From NCBI GenBank assembly GCA_963701185.1, contig OY969569.1, positions 667,548 through 731,547 of the forward strand: 64,000 bases of DNA, written 5' to 3'. The notes under the pieces were generated by a model that searched no databases, was not told the DNA's origin, and was given only the letters and a program-made list of their open reading frames with translations. Source of the DNA: Candidatus Gottesmanbacteria bacterium (lineage in GTDB: Bacteria; Patescibacteriota; Microgenomatia; UBA10105; UBA927). Of the stretch, positions 51,996-62,254 are shown piece after piece. Made by a program: the position numbers and the translations under genes. Positions within the stretch are counted from its first letter, which is position 1; each line of letters starts with the position of its first letter.

Positions 51996-54026
51996 TTATT
52001 GCAACTGGTAAATAACGGTTTCTCCCGACGTAAATACCGCCTTCCCCAATTCTTTAAACTTCGTTTCCTGCATGTTGGTAAATTTCTGCCGTTCCAGCGT
52101 TCCCACAAAAATATATCGGACGTTGTATTTGGCAAGGATTTGCTGTGTTTGGACACTATCCGGCGACTCGTATATCAGCCGCACCTCCTCTTTCCGCGGC
52201 GCCACAACATCGTAACTGCCGCGCCAGAGCCATTCATGCACCGACCAGCCGACAATCGTCGGAAACCCGGTAAACGCGCTCACCTGATTGTAATCGGTAT
52301 AACTGTCCCCGTCCGCCTCGACTATAACTGGTAATCCAGTTGTAGTCGCCCCGCGAAGCTTTAGCGAAGTGGGGCTACCTATTTGTGTATTGAGCCATTG
52401 AATCGCAGCCCAATTATCCGGATATTGAGCCTTAATCCACCCGGCCCCGTTAATCCCCTCATAGACCTTCAGGCTGTTGAAATACGACCGGACACTGAAA
52501 ATGGGGTAAATGGACACAAGAAATAATTGCGGCAGAAGCAGAAGCAAAAAGATTTTATTGCGGAAAAATTTGACAATCGCGTATCCTGCGACGATCGAGA
52601 ACAGGATAAATGCGTCATATCCTAGTTTGAACATGGTATTACTTCTGAAGTGCATGGGATAAATGTCTTTAAAGTAGAAAAATTCGGGGAAGATGATAAG
52701 AGCAAGAGAAAAGAAGAAGAAAACGGTAAGAAGCAGATTTTTTTTCTTCGAAAACAAGAGCCAGGCGCCGCAATAGATGAAAAATCCCCACAGAAGCCAC
52801 ATCATCCACAGCGGGCTGTGCTGACACTTCTCCACTCCCTCAAACAAAATCGGTCCGATTTTCGTATCGGCAAGCCCCGAGGGAGGACAATTGACGGCAA
52901 GACCCGTGACAAATGATTTGAAATACAGGATAAACGGCAGACTGCACAGGATTGTTGTAATAATGGTGATGCCGCCCACAATTGCCGTCTTTTCCCAATT
53001 TATTATTTTAAATTGCGCATTGTGCATTACCAAAATTATCAGGAATAACCCGAGGTATATCGGCCCGTCGAGCGCATTGGTCATCAGAAGTACACTGCAT
53101 AAGAATCCATAAAAGATAAGAAAAAAATAATGGATTTTTTTGTCCCCCCACATTTTTATCAGCAGCGCTATAGCAAGCAATACAAACGGGATCGACAGTA
53201 CGTGCCCGTGGACATCCGATACCACAAACGAGTAGCTCGGAAATTCATGGATCGTATACGGGATAAAGCGTGTGGCATTGGCATACCAGTAGCGGGCAAA
53301 ATCCATCTTCCCCAAAAGCGTCCAGAACGGCACAACCTGGTCCCCATCATACCCTTTGGTAAACGCATAAATCGTTTGCATGTTTCCCGCGAGGGTCACA
53401 AGAAATGCGGTGAGTATCCCCCCGGAAATTTTCTTGGTCAGTTGTCTTCCGATTGTAAAACTCATGGTGAAACAGAAGGCAAAAATCGCCGCCAGCATGA
53501 GATTAAACGTGTAGGTGAGATCAATGCCGGAAAGGCGGGTTAAGACTGCCATGACGGTATGTCCGAAGTAGTAGTAATTGATGGAACTCCCGGCATACCA
53601 CATGTCGGGGGCCGGAAAAAAGCGGCTATCCAAAATGGATTTGGTAAACCCGAAGTCCATAAACTTTTCGAGGTTATGGATACTCGGTTCATGCGCCTTC
53701 ACCCAACTCCAAAACAGAAGACACAAGAAGAAAAAGATTTCTTCCAGAATTATCCCCTTATCTCCCCGATTTCCCTTATCTCCCCTATTGCCTACAACTC
53801 CCCCAATAAAAACAATAAGTAAAGCAAAAAAAATAGACAATTGCGTAAACGGAATAATGTGGAGAACGCCTCCCAAATACACAAGATACGTCACCGCCGC
53901 CATCCCTACGGCTTTGGAAAAAGAATACGATAGTCCCAATCTGCGGGTTAACGGATATGCCGCCGCACCGACTAAAAAAAGCATCCCCCACCATTGGAAA
54001 ACAATAAGAAAGTCCGACATCGGCAT
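51996..54026 (-). CDS. large polytopic membrane protein, GT-C-like paralog family member
   Basis: 676 aa with more than 12 TM helices. C-terminal ...YNVRYIFVGTLERQKF...GETVIYQLQ motif. Confidence 0.55.
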   Translation of the reverse strand: MPMSDFLIVFQWWGMLFLVGAAAYPLTRRLGLSYSFSKAVGMAAVTYLVYLGGVLHIIPFTQLSIFFALLIVFIGGVVGNRGDKGNRGDKGIILEEIFFFLCLLFWSWVKAHEPSIHNLEKFMDFGFTKSILDSRFFPAPDMWYAGSSINYYYFGHTVMAVLTRLSGIDLTYTFNLMLAAIFAFCFTMSFTIGRQLTKKISGGILTAFLVTLAGNMQTIYAFTKGYDGDQVVPFWTLLGKMDFARYWYANATRFIPYTIHEFPSYSFVVSDVHGHVLSIPFVLLAIALLIKMWGDKKIHYFFLIFYGFLCSVLLMTNALDGPIYLGLFLIILVMHNAQFKIINWEKTAIVGGITIITTILCSLPFILYFKSFVTGLAVNCPPSGLADTKIGPILFEGVEKCQHSPLWMMWLLWGFFIYCGAWLLFSKKKNLLLTVFFFFSLALIIFPEFFYFKDIYPMHFRSNTMFKLGYDAFILFSIVAGYAIVKFFRNKIFLLLLLPQLFLVSIYPIFSVRSYFNSLKVYEGINGAGWIKAQYPDNWAAIQWLNTQIGSPTSLKLRGATTTGLPVIVEADGDSYTDYNQVSAFTGFPTIVGWSVHEWLWRGSYDVVAPRKEEVRLIYESPDSVQTQQILAKYNVRYIFVGTLERQKFTNMQETKFKELGKAVFTSGETVIYQLQ

Positions 54027-54058
54027 ATGAGTGTGATTATACGTGATACAATCTTCTC

Positions 54059-55246
54059 ATGAAAGTTGCCGTTATCGGGGGTGGATTCACGGGACTTAGC
54101 GCAGCCTACGAACTCACCAAACGCGGCCATGCCGTCACCCTTTTTGAAGCCGGTCCCGTCTTGGGCGGGCTGGCGCACGGATTCAGGCAACCGCATTGGC
54201 AATGGAACCTGGAATATTCCTACCATCATTGGTTTACCAATGACCGGGCGGCATTGAAATTAATCGAAGAGTTAGGGCTAAAAAATAAAGTAATTATCAA
54301 ACGTCCGGTAACGGCAAATCTCTACAACGGAAAAACTTATCAACTCGACTCTCCATTATCTCTTCTCCGATTTCCCCTATTACCCTTATTTGATAAGGCG
54401 CGTACCGCGGCGCTCTTAGGATTTCTAAAAATCACACCGTTTTGGAAACCATTGGAACAAATTACCGCTGAACAGCTTTTAACCTCAATAGGAGGAAAAC
54501 GTGCATATCAGGTGCTTTGGGAACCTCTCTTGGTTGGCAAATTCGGCAGCTTCGCGCCAAAAATTCAGGCGGCCTGGTTTTGGGCAAGAATTAAAAAACG
54601 GACATCAAGCCTTATGTACATGGAGGGCGGATTCAAAACGCTTATCGATGCACTGGAACGCGCTATAATAAAACAAGGCGGGAAAATATATACAAATAAG
54701 AAAATCTCTTCAATGAAAAATATAAGCGGTTTTGATACAACGCTTTTTACCGGTCCCACACCGCACACTCCCATCCCCCACCTATGGGCACAGACACTTG
54801 TTGTAGAAACAAAAGAACCGATTCTCGGGGATATCTATTGGCTCAATATCACCGACCGGTCTTACCCGTTCCTTGCCGCTGTCGCACACACCAATTTCAT
54901 GGATAAAAAATACTACGGCGGCCGCCACCTGACCTATTTCGGCAACTACCTGCCGGAAGGCCACAAATATTTATCAATGACGAAAGAAAAATTATTAAAA
55001 GAGTTTTTGCCATTTATTAAAAAAATTGGAAATTGGAAATTGGAAATTGTGAATTCTTTTATGTTCACCGCACCCCACGCCCAGCCGGTCCACGAACTCC
55101 GGTATTCAGCGCGTGCGCCGAAGATGGAAACAGCAATCCCCAACGTCTATCTTGCCAATATGGACAGTATTGTCCCCTGGGACCGCGGAACAAATTACGC
55201 CATTGAACTGGGCCAAAAAGCCGCGCAAAAAATCATGGAGCAATGA
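54059..55246 (+). CDS. FAD/NAD(P)-binding oxidoreductase (amine oxidase / HemY-CrtI-like)
   Basis: N-terminal Rossmann MKVAVIGGGFTGLSAAYELTKRGHAVTLFEAGPVLGG (GxGxxG ... E ... GG). Confidence 0.6.
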   Translation: MKVAVIGGGFTGLSAAYELTKRGHAVTLFEAGPVLGGLAHGFRQPHWQWNLEYSYHHWFTNDRAALKLIEELGLKNKVIIKRPVTANLYNGKTYQLDSPLSLLRFPLLPLFDKARTAALLGFLKITPFWKPLEQITAEQLLTSIGGKRAYQVLWEPLLVGKFGSFAPKIQAAWFWARIKKRTSSLMYMEGGFKTLIDALERAIIKQGGKIYTNKKISSMKNISGFDTTLFTGPTPHTPIPHLWAQTLVVETKEPILGDIYWLNITDRSYPFLAAVAHTNFMDKKYYGGRHLTYFGNYLPEGHKYLSMTKEKLLKEFLPFIKKIGNWKLEIVNSFMFTAPHAQPVHELRYSARAPKMETAIPNVYLANMDSIVPWDRGTNYAIELGQKAAQKIMEQ

Positions 55247-56838
55247 AAAAAATACTTATTCTCATCATTCTCTCCGGAGCAGTCTTTCGCTTTACGGCGG
55301 TCAACTGGGACTCCTTCGGCGCGTTTCATCCGGATGAACGGAATATTTCCTGGGCGGTAACACGGATTCGGTTTTTTACCCAAATGAATCCGGGGTTTTT
55401 TGCCTATGGGGGTCTCCCGATTTATCTCTATCGCGCATTGGGTGAGAGAGTCGTGGCTATTACCCATAATCCTCTGTGGCTCACCGACTGGGGATATATT
55501 GCGGTCATAGGACGGTACGTCTCGGCAACATTGTCGACGTGTAGCATTTTCCTTATCTATCTTGTGGGTTCGTTATATTTCTCCTCTGCGGCCGGAGTTC
55601 TGGCGGCCGCATTCCTTGCTTTTTCTCCGTGGGCTATACGGGAAGCACATTTTCAAACAACGGAAACCATGCTCGTGTTTTTTATACTTCTCCTCCTGAT
55701 TCTCGCAAAAAAAATAACGACGAAGCGCGCCCTGGCGCTTGGTTTTGTTTGGGGTCTGGCTATGGCCGCCAAAACTACAAGCGCTCTTTTCGGAATTATT
55801 CCCTTCGTGGCAATCTGGCTTCCTCATTTTCCTAAAAAATTTCCGAGAAAAATTTTGTATACGTACTTCCTGTTGGGTTTCGCCGCTATTATCTTTTACA
55901 TATTCTCCCCATATACCATCCTGGATTTTACGCATTTCCGGCAGTCCATGACCTATGAATCAGGAGTCGCCCTGGGGCGTTTTACGGTACCGTACACGCT
56001 TCAATTTTTACACACCGCCCCGTACCTGTATCAACTGCAAACAATGCTCTGGCAGGCGGGACCTCTCCTTATCCCGGGAATATTCGGTCTTATTGGAGTA
56101 TTGATCACGGCGCTCGTCAGAAAAAAATCATTATTTTTTATATTTTTGGTATTCCCCTTTCTCTATTTTGGCTGGGTTGGCTCATGGTTTGCCAAATTCA
56201 ACCGGTATAACGTGCCGTTTTTGCCATTTGTGACTCTCGCCGCAGCATGGCTCTGTGTTGTATGTATAAAACATTTTCGTCTTGCCGGTCTTGCTTTCAC
56301 CGCTCTCTTCCTTGGCTCCACTCTTGTATGGGGACTGGCCAATTGGACGGTGTATCTACGGCCCCAAACACGCATGAATGCAACCGAATGGATGCTTACT
56401 CATATTCCCGCCGGCGCCCGCATCTATACCGAACACTGGAATGACGGTTTACCAGTAGATGTCCCTCATGCAGTTCCGTATCAACGGGAACTATTGATGA
56501 TCTATGATGAGGATAATGCTGACAAAAAAATCTACTATGCGGACAAACTGGTGGCGGGCGATTTCATCATCCTCTCAACGCGCCGCATGTGGGCCACCAT
56601 GCCGCGGTTGGGTGAAAAATATCCGCTGACGAAATTGTTTTACCGGCGTCTGTTGGATGGATCATTAGGATACAAAGAAGTGGCAACATTTACGTCCTAT
56701 CCTCATCTATTCGGCGTGCAGATAAACGACGATTCTGCGGAAGAATCCATCCAGGTCTTTGACCACCCGACGGTACGGATTTTCCAAAACACCGGACGTT
56801 TTACCCGCGAACAATTCTTCACATTGCTCACGCCATAA
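55243..56838 (+). CDS. GT39/ArnT-like (GT-C) polytopic membrane glycosyltransferase-like protein
   Basis: HPDERN acidic motif in the first extracytoplasmic loop, more than 11 TM helices and a C-terminal soluble domain ending ...FDHPTVRIFQNTGRF. Confidence 0.55.
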   Translation: MKKILILIILSGAVFRFTAVNWDSFGAFHPDERNISWAVTRIRFFTQMNPGFFAYGGLPIYLYRALGERVVAITHNPLWLTDWGYIAVIGRYVSATLSTCSIFLIYLVGSLYFSSAAGVLAAAFLAFSPWAIREAHFQTTETMLVFFILLLLILAKKITTKRALALGFVWGLAMAAKTTSALFGIIPFVAIWLPHFPKKFPRKILYTYFLLGFAAIIFYIFSPYTILDFTHFRQSMTYESGVALGRFTVPYTLQFLHTAPYLYQLQTMLWQAGPLLIPGIFGLIGVLITALVRKKSLFFIFLVFPFLYFGWVGSWFAKFNRYNVPFLPFVTLAAAWLCVVCIKHFRLAGLAFTALFLGSTLVWGLANWTVYLRPQTRMNATEWMLTHIPAGARIYTEHWNDGLPVDVPHAVPYQRELLMIYDEDNADKKIYYADKLVAGDFIILSTRRMWATMPRLGEKYPLTKLFYRRLLDGSLGYKEVATFTSYPHLFGVQINDDSAEESIQVFDHPTVRIFQNTGRFTREQFFTLLTP

Positions 56839-57139
56839 AAAATGTCCTGAATGGGAAGTTGACAGCCTGCCCAACTATCAACTCCCCAATCAAGACACTT
56901 TATTGCTCAAAAATTCACCTTTAGCACGACTCGCCGCGATTGTATATCGAAATTTTTTCAAAGTCAATAGGAGTAGAGGAAAAAATTAAGGAAGCAAAAC
57001 GCAAATAGAAATATCCCGAGTCAACGGGCTAAACAAAATATTCAGCTTCAGTTTTTTATTTGACAACGCAGAGAGGCGTTGATATCGTGATCAAATAGAT
57101 ATTGTTCTTTTGCCCAAAAAACAATATCCACACTAAAAG

Positions 57140-57191
57140 GCATTACTACTCGTAGGCAAACCTAAGTCTAGCGGTAGTGATGCTTTTTTTT
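57140..57191. terminator. bidirectional rho-independent terminator (10-bp stem GCATTACTAC/GTAGTGATGC, T8 on + strand, A4 preceding)
   Basis: 9/10 complementary stem with a ~24-nt loop followed by TTTTTTTT. On the minus strand it sits immediately after the stop of ORF 57194..57394. Confidence 0.4.
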
Positions 57192-57193
57192 CG

Positions 57194-57394
57194 TCAGAGC
57201 GTAAACACCGGTATACTTAATCCCTTGTCTTTTAACTTCTGAAACTGCTCTTTCACCTCTGCCTCAAACCGCTCCCTATCCTGTGCAATCGGAGATTTCC
57301 GCTTGTCTATCCCAACCAAACCTAATCGCTGAAAAAAATATTTTATGTTCATACACCCATTCAAACACGTCAGCAATTCCTTGTCAAGTCCCAT
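57194..57394 (-). CDS. small hypothetical protein (66 aa)
   Basis: ORF only, ending at the terminator. No recognisable motif. Confidence 0.25.
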   Translation of the reverse strand: MGLDKELLTCLNGCMNIKYFFQRLGLVGIDKRKSPIAQDRERFEAEVKEQFQKLKDKGLSIPVFTL

Positions 57395-57564
57395 AGGTTT
57401 TTTACTTACGTAAATATCGATAACTTATAGTTTTATATAGCATAAATAGAACGTTCTATCGCTCCATAATTTTTTCTGAAAATAATTGTGGATAACTTGG
57501 GGAACGTACCCGCCTTGCAAAGTCAATATTATTACTATACTGTGTTAGTAGGGAATTTTGGAAA

Positions 57565-58914
57565 ATGAAAAAAATATTTGTTTTTATCTTATATTATTTT
57601 CTGATACTGATATATACTCCTTATCCTGTGTACGCCGCTCCAAAACCACTGACGGGCACATTTATTTTTCCTGATTTTTCGATAACCGATCAGAACACCA
57701 TGGATACATTTTTGGACGGCATCAAAGCACTTGGTATGGATACGTTGATCTGGGGTTATTCAGGTGTAGTCTATAAATCTGACTGTTCCAGCCCGAACTA
57801 CATTGAGAATAATTTTTTCACTGAAAATCGTTCTAATTATTTAGAAAACGCGGATAAATTATTGACATCGTTACATAATAAAGGACTGTCTGTCTATATA
57901 GGACTTGCCGGAACATGGAAATGTATTAATGTCGCTTCCGGAAACCCGAATGATCCGAATACGGATCAGGGGAGAGTGATCGATTTATCAAAACGGTTGA
58001 TAGGTAAACTTAAAGAGTTGAGTCTTGCTAAAGGTTGGGAGTGGGACGGAAATTTTATCAAAGGATTTTACATCCCTGAGGAGCTGGAGATCCATAAATT
58101 TTATACGGGGCCGGGTGCCTGGACTGACTACTTTAATTTTTATAAAAATTTTTCCTCTACGATAAAAAATCTTTATCCTTCAAAACTTATTATGCTTTCT
58201 CCCTATCAATATGAGTGGTATAGCTACCAAACTGTGTATGACAATATGAAATACGCCGTACAAAATTTAGATATTGATATATATGCTCCTCAGGATTCTG
58301 TGGGAGCCGGGAATGTTGTCAGTTATACCAGCGATCAGGAACATTTTCGCGGACTATCTGATGCAGTCCGTGATGGCAATATCCAATACAATAAACGGGT
58401 GCAGGCGTGGGCAAATATTGAAACATTTTCACCGTCGCTTGATGGCGGTGCTAGTTTTCCGCCTGCAAAATTCGAAACACTCAATTGGCAGCTTCAGGCG
58501 GTTGATGGTTTCGTTTCTAAAAAAATAACCTGGTTGTATTCCTGGGGTTTTGCCAATGACCCAATCCTTACCAATAATGGGCCGCATTACACTCCTGATT
58601 ATGCGATAAAACGAAACCAACTAAGAAATGCTTATATCGCTCTTATCCCCTCTCCTTCTGTAACAATCACCCCCACTCCAACGTCTACCCCCACCCCGAC
58701 CCCTACACGTACTCCAACTCCTACTAACACTCCACCCGCTCCTAAACCAGGCGACCTCAACAGAGACGGCAGGGTAGATATTTATGACTACAACATATTG
58801 GTTGCCGACTTCGGCAAAACCGGTTCTCCCGGTTGGATTCCGGCAGATATCACGAAAGACGGCAAAGTGGATATTTATGACTATAATCAGCTTATTACAT
58901 TTTTCGGAAAGTAA
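57565..58914 (+). CDS. secreted dockerin-containing protein with N-terminal TIM-barrel-like (DUF4434/glycoside-hydrolase-like) domain
   Basis: Signal peptide MKKIFVFILYYFLILIYTPYPVYA. PT-rich linker TPTPTSTPTPTPTRTPTPTNTPP. Two dockerin calcium-binding repeats DLNRDGRVDIYDYNIL and DITKDGKVDIYDYNQL. Confidence 0.65.
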   Translation: MKKIFVFILYYFLILIYTPYPVYAAPKPLTGTFIFPDFSITDQNTMDTFLDGIKALGMDTLIWGYSGVVYKSDCSSPNYIENNFFTENRSNYLENADKLLTSLHNKGLSVYIGLAGTWKCINVASGNPNDPNTDQGRVIDLSKRLIGKLKELSLAKGWEWDGNFIKGFYIPEELEIHKFYTGPGAWTDYFNFYKNFSSTIKNLYPSKLIMLSPYQYEWYSYQTVYDNMKYAVQNLDIDIYAPQDSVGAGNVVSYTSDQEHFRGLSDAVRDGNIQYNKRVQAWANIETFSPSLDGGASFPPAKFETLNWQLQAVDGFVSKKITWLYSWGFANDPILTNNGPHYTPDYAIKRNQLRNAYIALIPSPSVTITPTPTSTPTPTPTRTPTPTNTPPAPKPGDLNRDGRVDIYDYNILVADFGKTGSPGWIPADITKDGKVDIYDYNQLITFFGK

Positions 58915-58943
58915 TATACTGTGTAGGAAGCGCGTGTTACGAT

Positions 58944-60044
58944 GTGTATATGACAAAACGTAAACCTATATATAGCACTCCGGATTCTGATGGTCCGATA
59001 GAACCAGCCGGCCAACAGGAAACGGCGCCAACATCTGCAAAAATCCGCTTTCGGTATACAAAAAAACAAACGTTGTCTCTCATGGGTATTCTGCTCCTGC
59101 TTCTTACGAGCATGGGAGTGGTAATCCTGGTACAAAAGAAAACACAGGACTTGCGGAGCCGGGCTACGCTCTCCGGCCCGAAACTTTCACTCTCACCCGC
59201 TGCGAAATCCGCAGAAACCGGGGAAACATTCTTTCTGGCAAGCACATTGGATACCGATACGGACACCGTTTCTGCCGCGGAACTGCACGTTTCGTACGAT
59301 CCTACCGCCATACAAATACTTGCGTTTACTCCGGGTGCTATATTGCCGGTTGTCCTAGTGCCGGAAACGCACGGCAACGGCGCCATATCCGTCACCCTCG
59401 GCGCGCAACCTTCGAATCCGTATAAAGGCATCGGTATTTTGGGAACATGGACAATAAAAATTCTTGCCGCAAAACAATCATCCATCAGTTACACCAACGC
59501 TACCACCCAAGTTGCAGCCATAGGAAAACCAACGAACGCACTCGTTTCAACGGCCGGAAGCACAATTACCGGAGGCACAGGCAGCACGATAACGCCTACT
59601 CCTACATCAACCCGTACCCCCACACCCACCCCCACACCGACCCCAACCTCTACACCCTCTCCTACGTCAACACCTTCCCAGGGCGCGCCCACTGCCACAC
59701 CGACCCTCACCCCCACGAGTACGCCAAAACCCACACCCACACCCACACCCACACCAAAACCCACACCCACACCAAAACCCACCCCCACACCCACACCAAG
59801 GCCGTCATTTCATCCTTTGGGCTTTTTGTACCCCACCTCAACACCTACGCCGGTCCCGCCAAAGACAACGCCATCAACGGGATTCGGTCAATTTGGTACG
59901 ACGACTCACTATCCGGTTATATCGGTGACGCCGTCTCCAACTGCATCATCTGTACCACCTGTATCACAGGCATCAACGCCAACATTTATTGACCGGCTTA
60001 TCAATTCGATCGTTTCGTTCCTCAAAAATCTGTTCGGGAAATAA
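58944..60044 (+). CDS. membrane-anchored cohesin-like domain protein with long PT-rich linker
   Basis: TM anchor LMGILLLLLTSMGVVILV. Beta-sandwich segment ETFFLASTLDT..ELHVSYDPTAIQILAFTPGAIL resembles the cohesin F.LTYDPSVLEV core. (T/S)PTP linker of ~80 aa. Confidence 0.55.
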   Translation: MYMTKRKPIYSTPDSDGPIEPAGQQETAPTSAKIRFRYTKKQTLSLMGILLLLLTSMGVVILVQKKTQDLRSRATLSGPKLSLSPAAKSAETGETFFLASTLDTDTDTVSAAELHVSYDPTAIQILAFTPGAILPVVLVPETHGNGAISVTLGAQPSNPYKGIGILGTWTIKILAAKQSSISYTNATTQVAAIGKPTNALVSTAGSTITGGTGSTITPTPTSTRTPTPTPTPTPTSTPSPTSTPSQGAPTATPTLTPTSTPKPTPTPTPTPKPTPTPKPTPTPTPRPSFHPLGFLYPTSTPTPVPPKTTPSTGFGQFGTTTHYPVISVTPSPTASSVPPVSQASTPTFIDRLINSIVSFLKNLFGK

Positions 60045-60056
60045 AAACAAGCAGAA

Positions 60057-60839
60057 CTACTTCATTCTCGCAAAAAACAGCTGGCCGGCGGCAGTCTGGT
60101 GGACTTTGGTGACAATCACGAGGATATCCTGTCCCACCCGGTCACGGGCGCCGTCTACAACGACCATAGTCCCATCTGCCAAATACCCTACTCCCTGGAC
60201 CCGTTCTTTCCCTTCGTGGGTAATTTTTACGGTGAATTCTTCGCCTGGCATCAGCGATACTTTTAACGCCTGGGCAATGTCATTAACATTGAGAATCTTG
60301 ACTCCCTGGGCCCTCGCCACATGTGCAAGGTTAAAATCAACCGTCAGTAATCTGACCTGTCTTCCGGCAGGCAGGTTTGCCCACCGCTTGGCAAGGGCAA
60401 CCAGCTTCGCATCCACTTCTTTCACTTCTGCGGGATCCGAAGACGCAATCTTGACGCGCATGAGTTTATTTACTTTCTGTCCTTTAAGTTTATTCACGAT
60501 ATCCAGACCCCTCCGTCCTTTGGCGCGGCGGAGTGAATCGTCTGAATCGGCAATATGCTGAAGCTCGCCTAAAATAAACTGCGGAATAATAAACGTACCG
60601 CTAATAAACCCGCTGTTGGCTATGGCAAGGATCCTGCCGTCAATAAGGACGCTGGTATCAACAAGAATCGGATACTCGCCCAACACGTCGTCTTTTCCGT
60701 TGGTTTTGGGCCGGCGAATGAAGGGACGCGCAGTAAACCGGCCGATATTCGTCAGATTCTTGACGATCTCGGCAGCAAGAGCCTTCGTGAACGCCTCCGG
60801 CGGCTTTACTGGTACCAATAAGTCTTTTTTGCTTTTCAC
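60057..60839 (-). CDS. PIN-TRAM domain protein (YacL-like)
   Basis: PIN-like ILVDTSVLIDGRI... and a C-terminal TRAM-like beta-barrel (GEEFTVKITHEGKERVQGVGYLADGTMVVVDGA). Positioned immediately upstream of radA as in the Bacillus yacL-radA arrangement. Confidence 0.6.
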   Translation of the reverse strand: MKSKKDLLVPVKPPEAFTKALAAEIVKNLTNIGRFTARPFIRRPKTNGKDDVLGEYPILVDTSVLIDGRILAIANSGFISGTFIIPQFILGELQHIADSDDSLRRAKGRRGLDIVNKLKGQKVNKLMRVKIASSDPAEVKEVDAKLVALAKRWANLPAGRQVRLLTVDFNLAHVARAQGVKILNVNDIAQALKVSLMPGEEFTVKITHEGKERVQGVGYLADGTMVVVDGARDRVGQDILVIVTKVHQTAAGQLFFARMK

Positions 60840-60887
60840 ACCATGGATTGTACCACAAAAAAAACAGGGGAGAACTAAGGAAAATCA

Positions 60888-62177
60888 TCACCCGATGGCC
60901 TGGCTTGCCCGTGTTACGTTATGAACAGTTTTCGAAGATATAATCGTCGTAAACCCGAGGCGGTTGGCCTCCTTCGCCCGCCGTTCATCAGAACCGATGG
61001 ACCGGATTTCCCCTAAAAGTCCTACTTCGCCGAACACTGCGGTTTTAGGATCCAACGGTTTATTTTTGAATGAAGAAAGAATTGCCAGCGCCACAGCAAG
61101 ATCCGCGGCCGGTTCCTCAATCTTCATTCCTCCACTGACGTTGACAAAAACATCAAAATTCCCGAGCGGAATATTTAATCGTTTTTGCAATATCGCGACT
61201 AACAATTGTAAACGGTTATAGTCGATCCCGTTGGCAATCCTGCGTGGCATCGCCAACTGTGACGGCACCGCAAGCGCCTGAATTTCGACGAGCATCGGCC
61301 GGGTTCCCTCCATAATAACGGTCACAATACTCCCGGGAACATTTTTTACCCGGTCCTGCAAAAATAGAGCGGATGGATTTGCTATCTCCTTCAGGCCTGT
61401 CTCGTCCATTTCGAAAATTCCCACTTCTTCGATGGCCCCGAACCGATTTTTGTACGTACGCAAAATTCTGGCATTGGCAAACCGTTCTCCCTCTAAATAC
61501 AAGACCGTATCTACCATGTGTTCAAGGACTTTCGGCCCTGCAATCGTCCCCTCCTTTGTTACGTGACCGATGATGATAATGGAAATACCTTTACGTTTGG
61601 CAACGCCCACCAAAACTTCGGCGCAATGCCGGATCTGCCCCACCGACCCTGCCATACCATCCAAATCCCCTGACGATAGTGTCTGGATGGAATCCACAAC
61701 AACAAGATTTCCCTCCAGTGCATTGACAATACTTTCAACAGACGTCTCCGCCAGTACGCTGATATTCCCGCCTTCGACACCAAGGCGTTTCGCGCGCAGT
61801 TTAATCTGTTCCGCCGATTCCTCACCGGAGACATACAAGCCGCCGCATTTAGCAATAACATGAAGAAGTAGGGTCGACTTTCCGATCCCCGGATCGCCGG
61901 CAAGAAGCGTCACCGATCCCGGCACGATCCCCCCGCCCATCACGCGGTCAAATTCCGTAAATCCGCTTTTGAGACGGTTTTTTTCAATATGTTTTACTTC
62001 TGATAGCTTTTGGGGTTTTGATGAAGAAATTTTTTTTGAAAAGATATTTTGTGTTTTTACATCTTCCTTAACTGTCTCAACCAGCGTGTTCCATTCCCCG
62101 CAATTGGGACACTTCCCGTACCAACTGGGGCTCTCAAACCCGCATTGTTGACACACATAGGACGTCCGGAGTTTCAT
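60888..62177 (-). CDS. radA: DNA repair protein RadA/Sms
   Basis: N-terminal C4 zinc finger CQQCGFESPSWYGKCPNCGEW, Walker A GDPGIGKST, KNRFG motif and Lon-like C-terminal domain. Confidence 0.9.
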   Translation of the reverse strand: MKLRTSYVCQQCGFESPSWYGKCPNCGEWNTLVETVKEDVKTQNIFSKKISSSKPQKLSEVKHIEKNRLKSGFTEFDRVMGGGIVPGSVTLLAGDPGIGKSTLLLHVIAKCGGLYVSGEESAEQIKLRAKRLGVEGGNISVLAETSVESIVNALEGNLVVVDSIQTLSSGDLDGMAGSVGQIRHCAEVLVGVAKRKGISIIIIGHVTKEGTIAGPKVLEHMVDTVLYLEGERFANARILRTYKNRFGAIEEVGIFEMDETGLKEIANPSALFLQDRVKNVPGSIVTVIMEGTRPMLVEIQALAVPSQLAMPRRIANGIDYNRLQLLVAILQKRLNIPLGNFDVFVNVSGGMKIEEPAADLAVALAILSSFKNKPLDPKTAVFGEVGLLGEIRSIGSDERRAKEANRLGFTTIISSKTVHNVTRASQAIG

Positions 62178-62254
62178 TGTGGGGATATTCTACCTTATCT
62201 TAACAACATTTGGTACATCTTCTACGGGAAAGTAGACGGTATTGACTTTAGTAT

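Noticed and set aside
59489-59794. Minus-strand ORF of GVGVGF repeats and plus-strand H/T-rich ORF 59447..59992.
   Set aside because: Alternative-frame artefacts of the (ACN-CCN)n PT-linker coding repeat in the cohesin-like gene.
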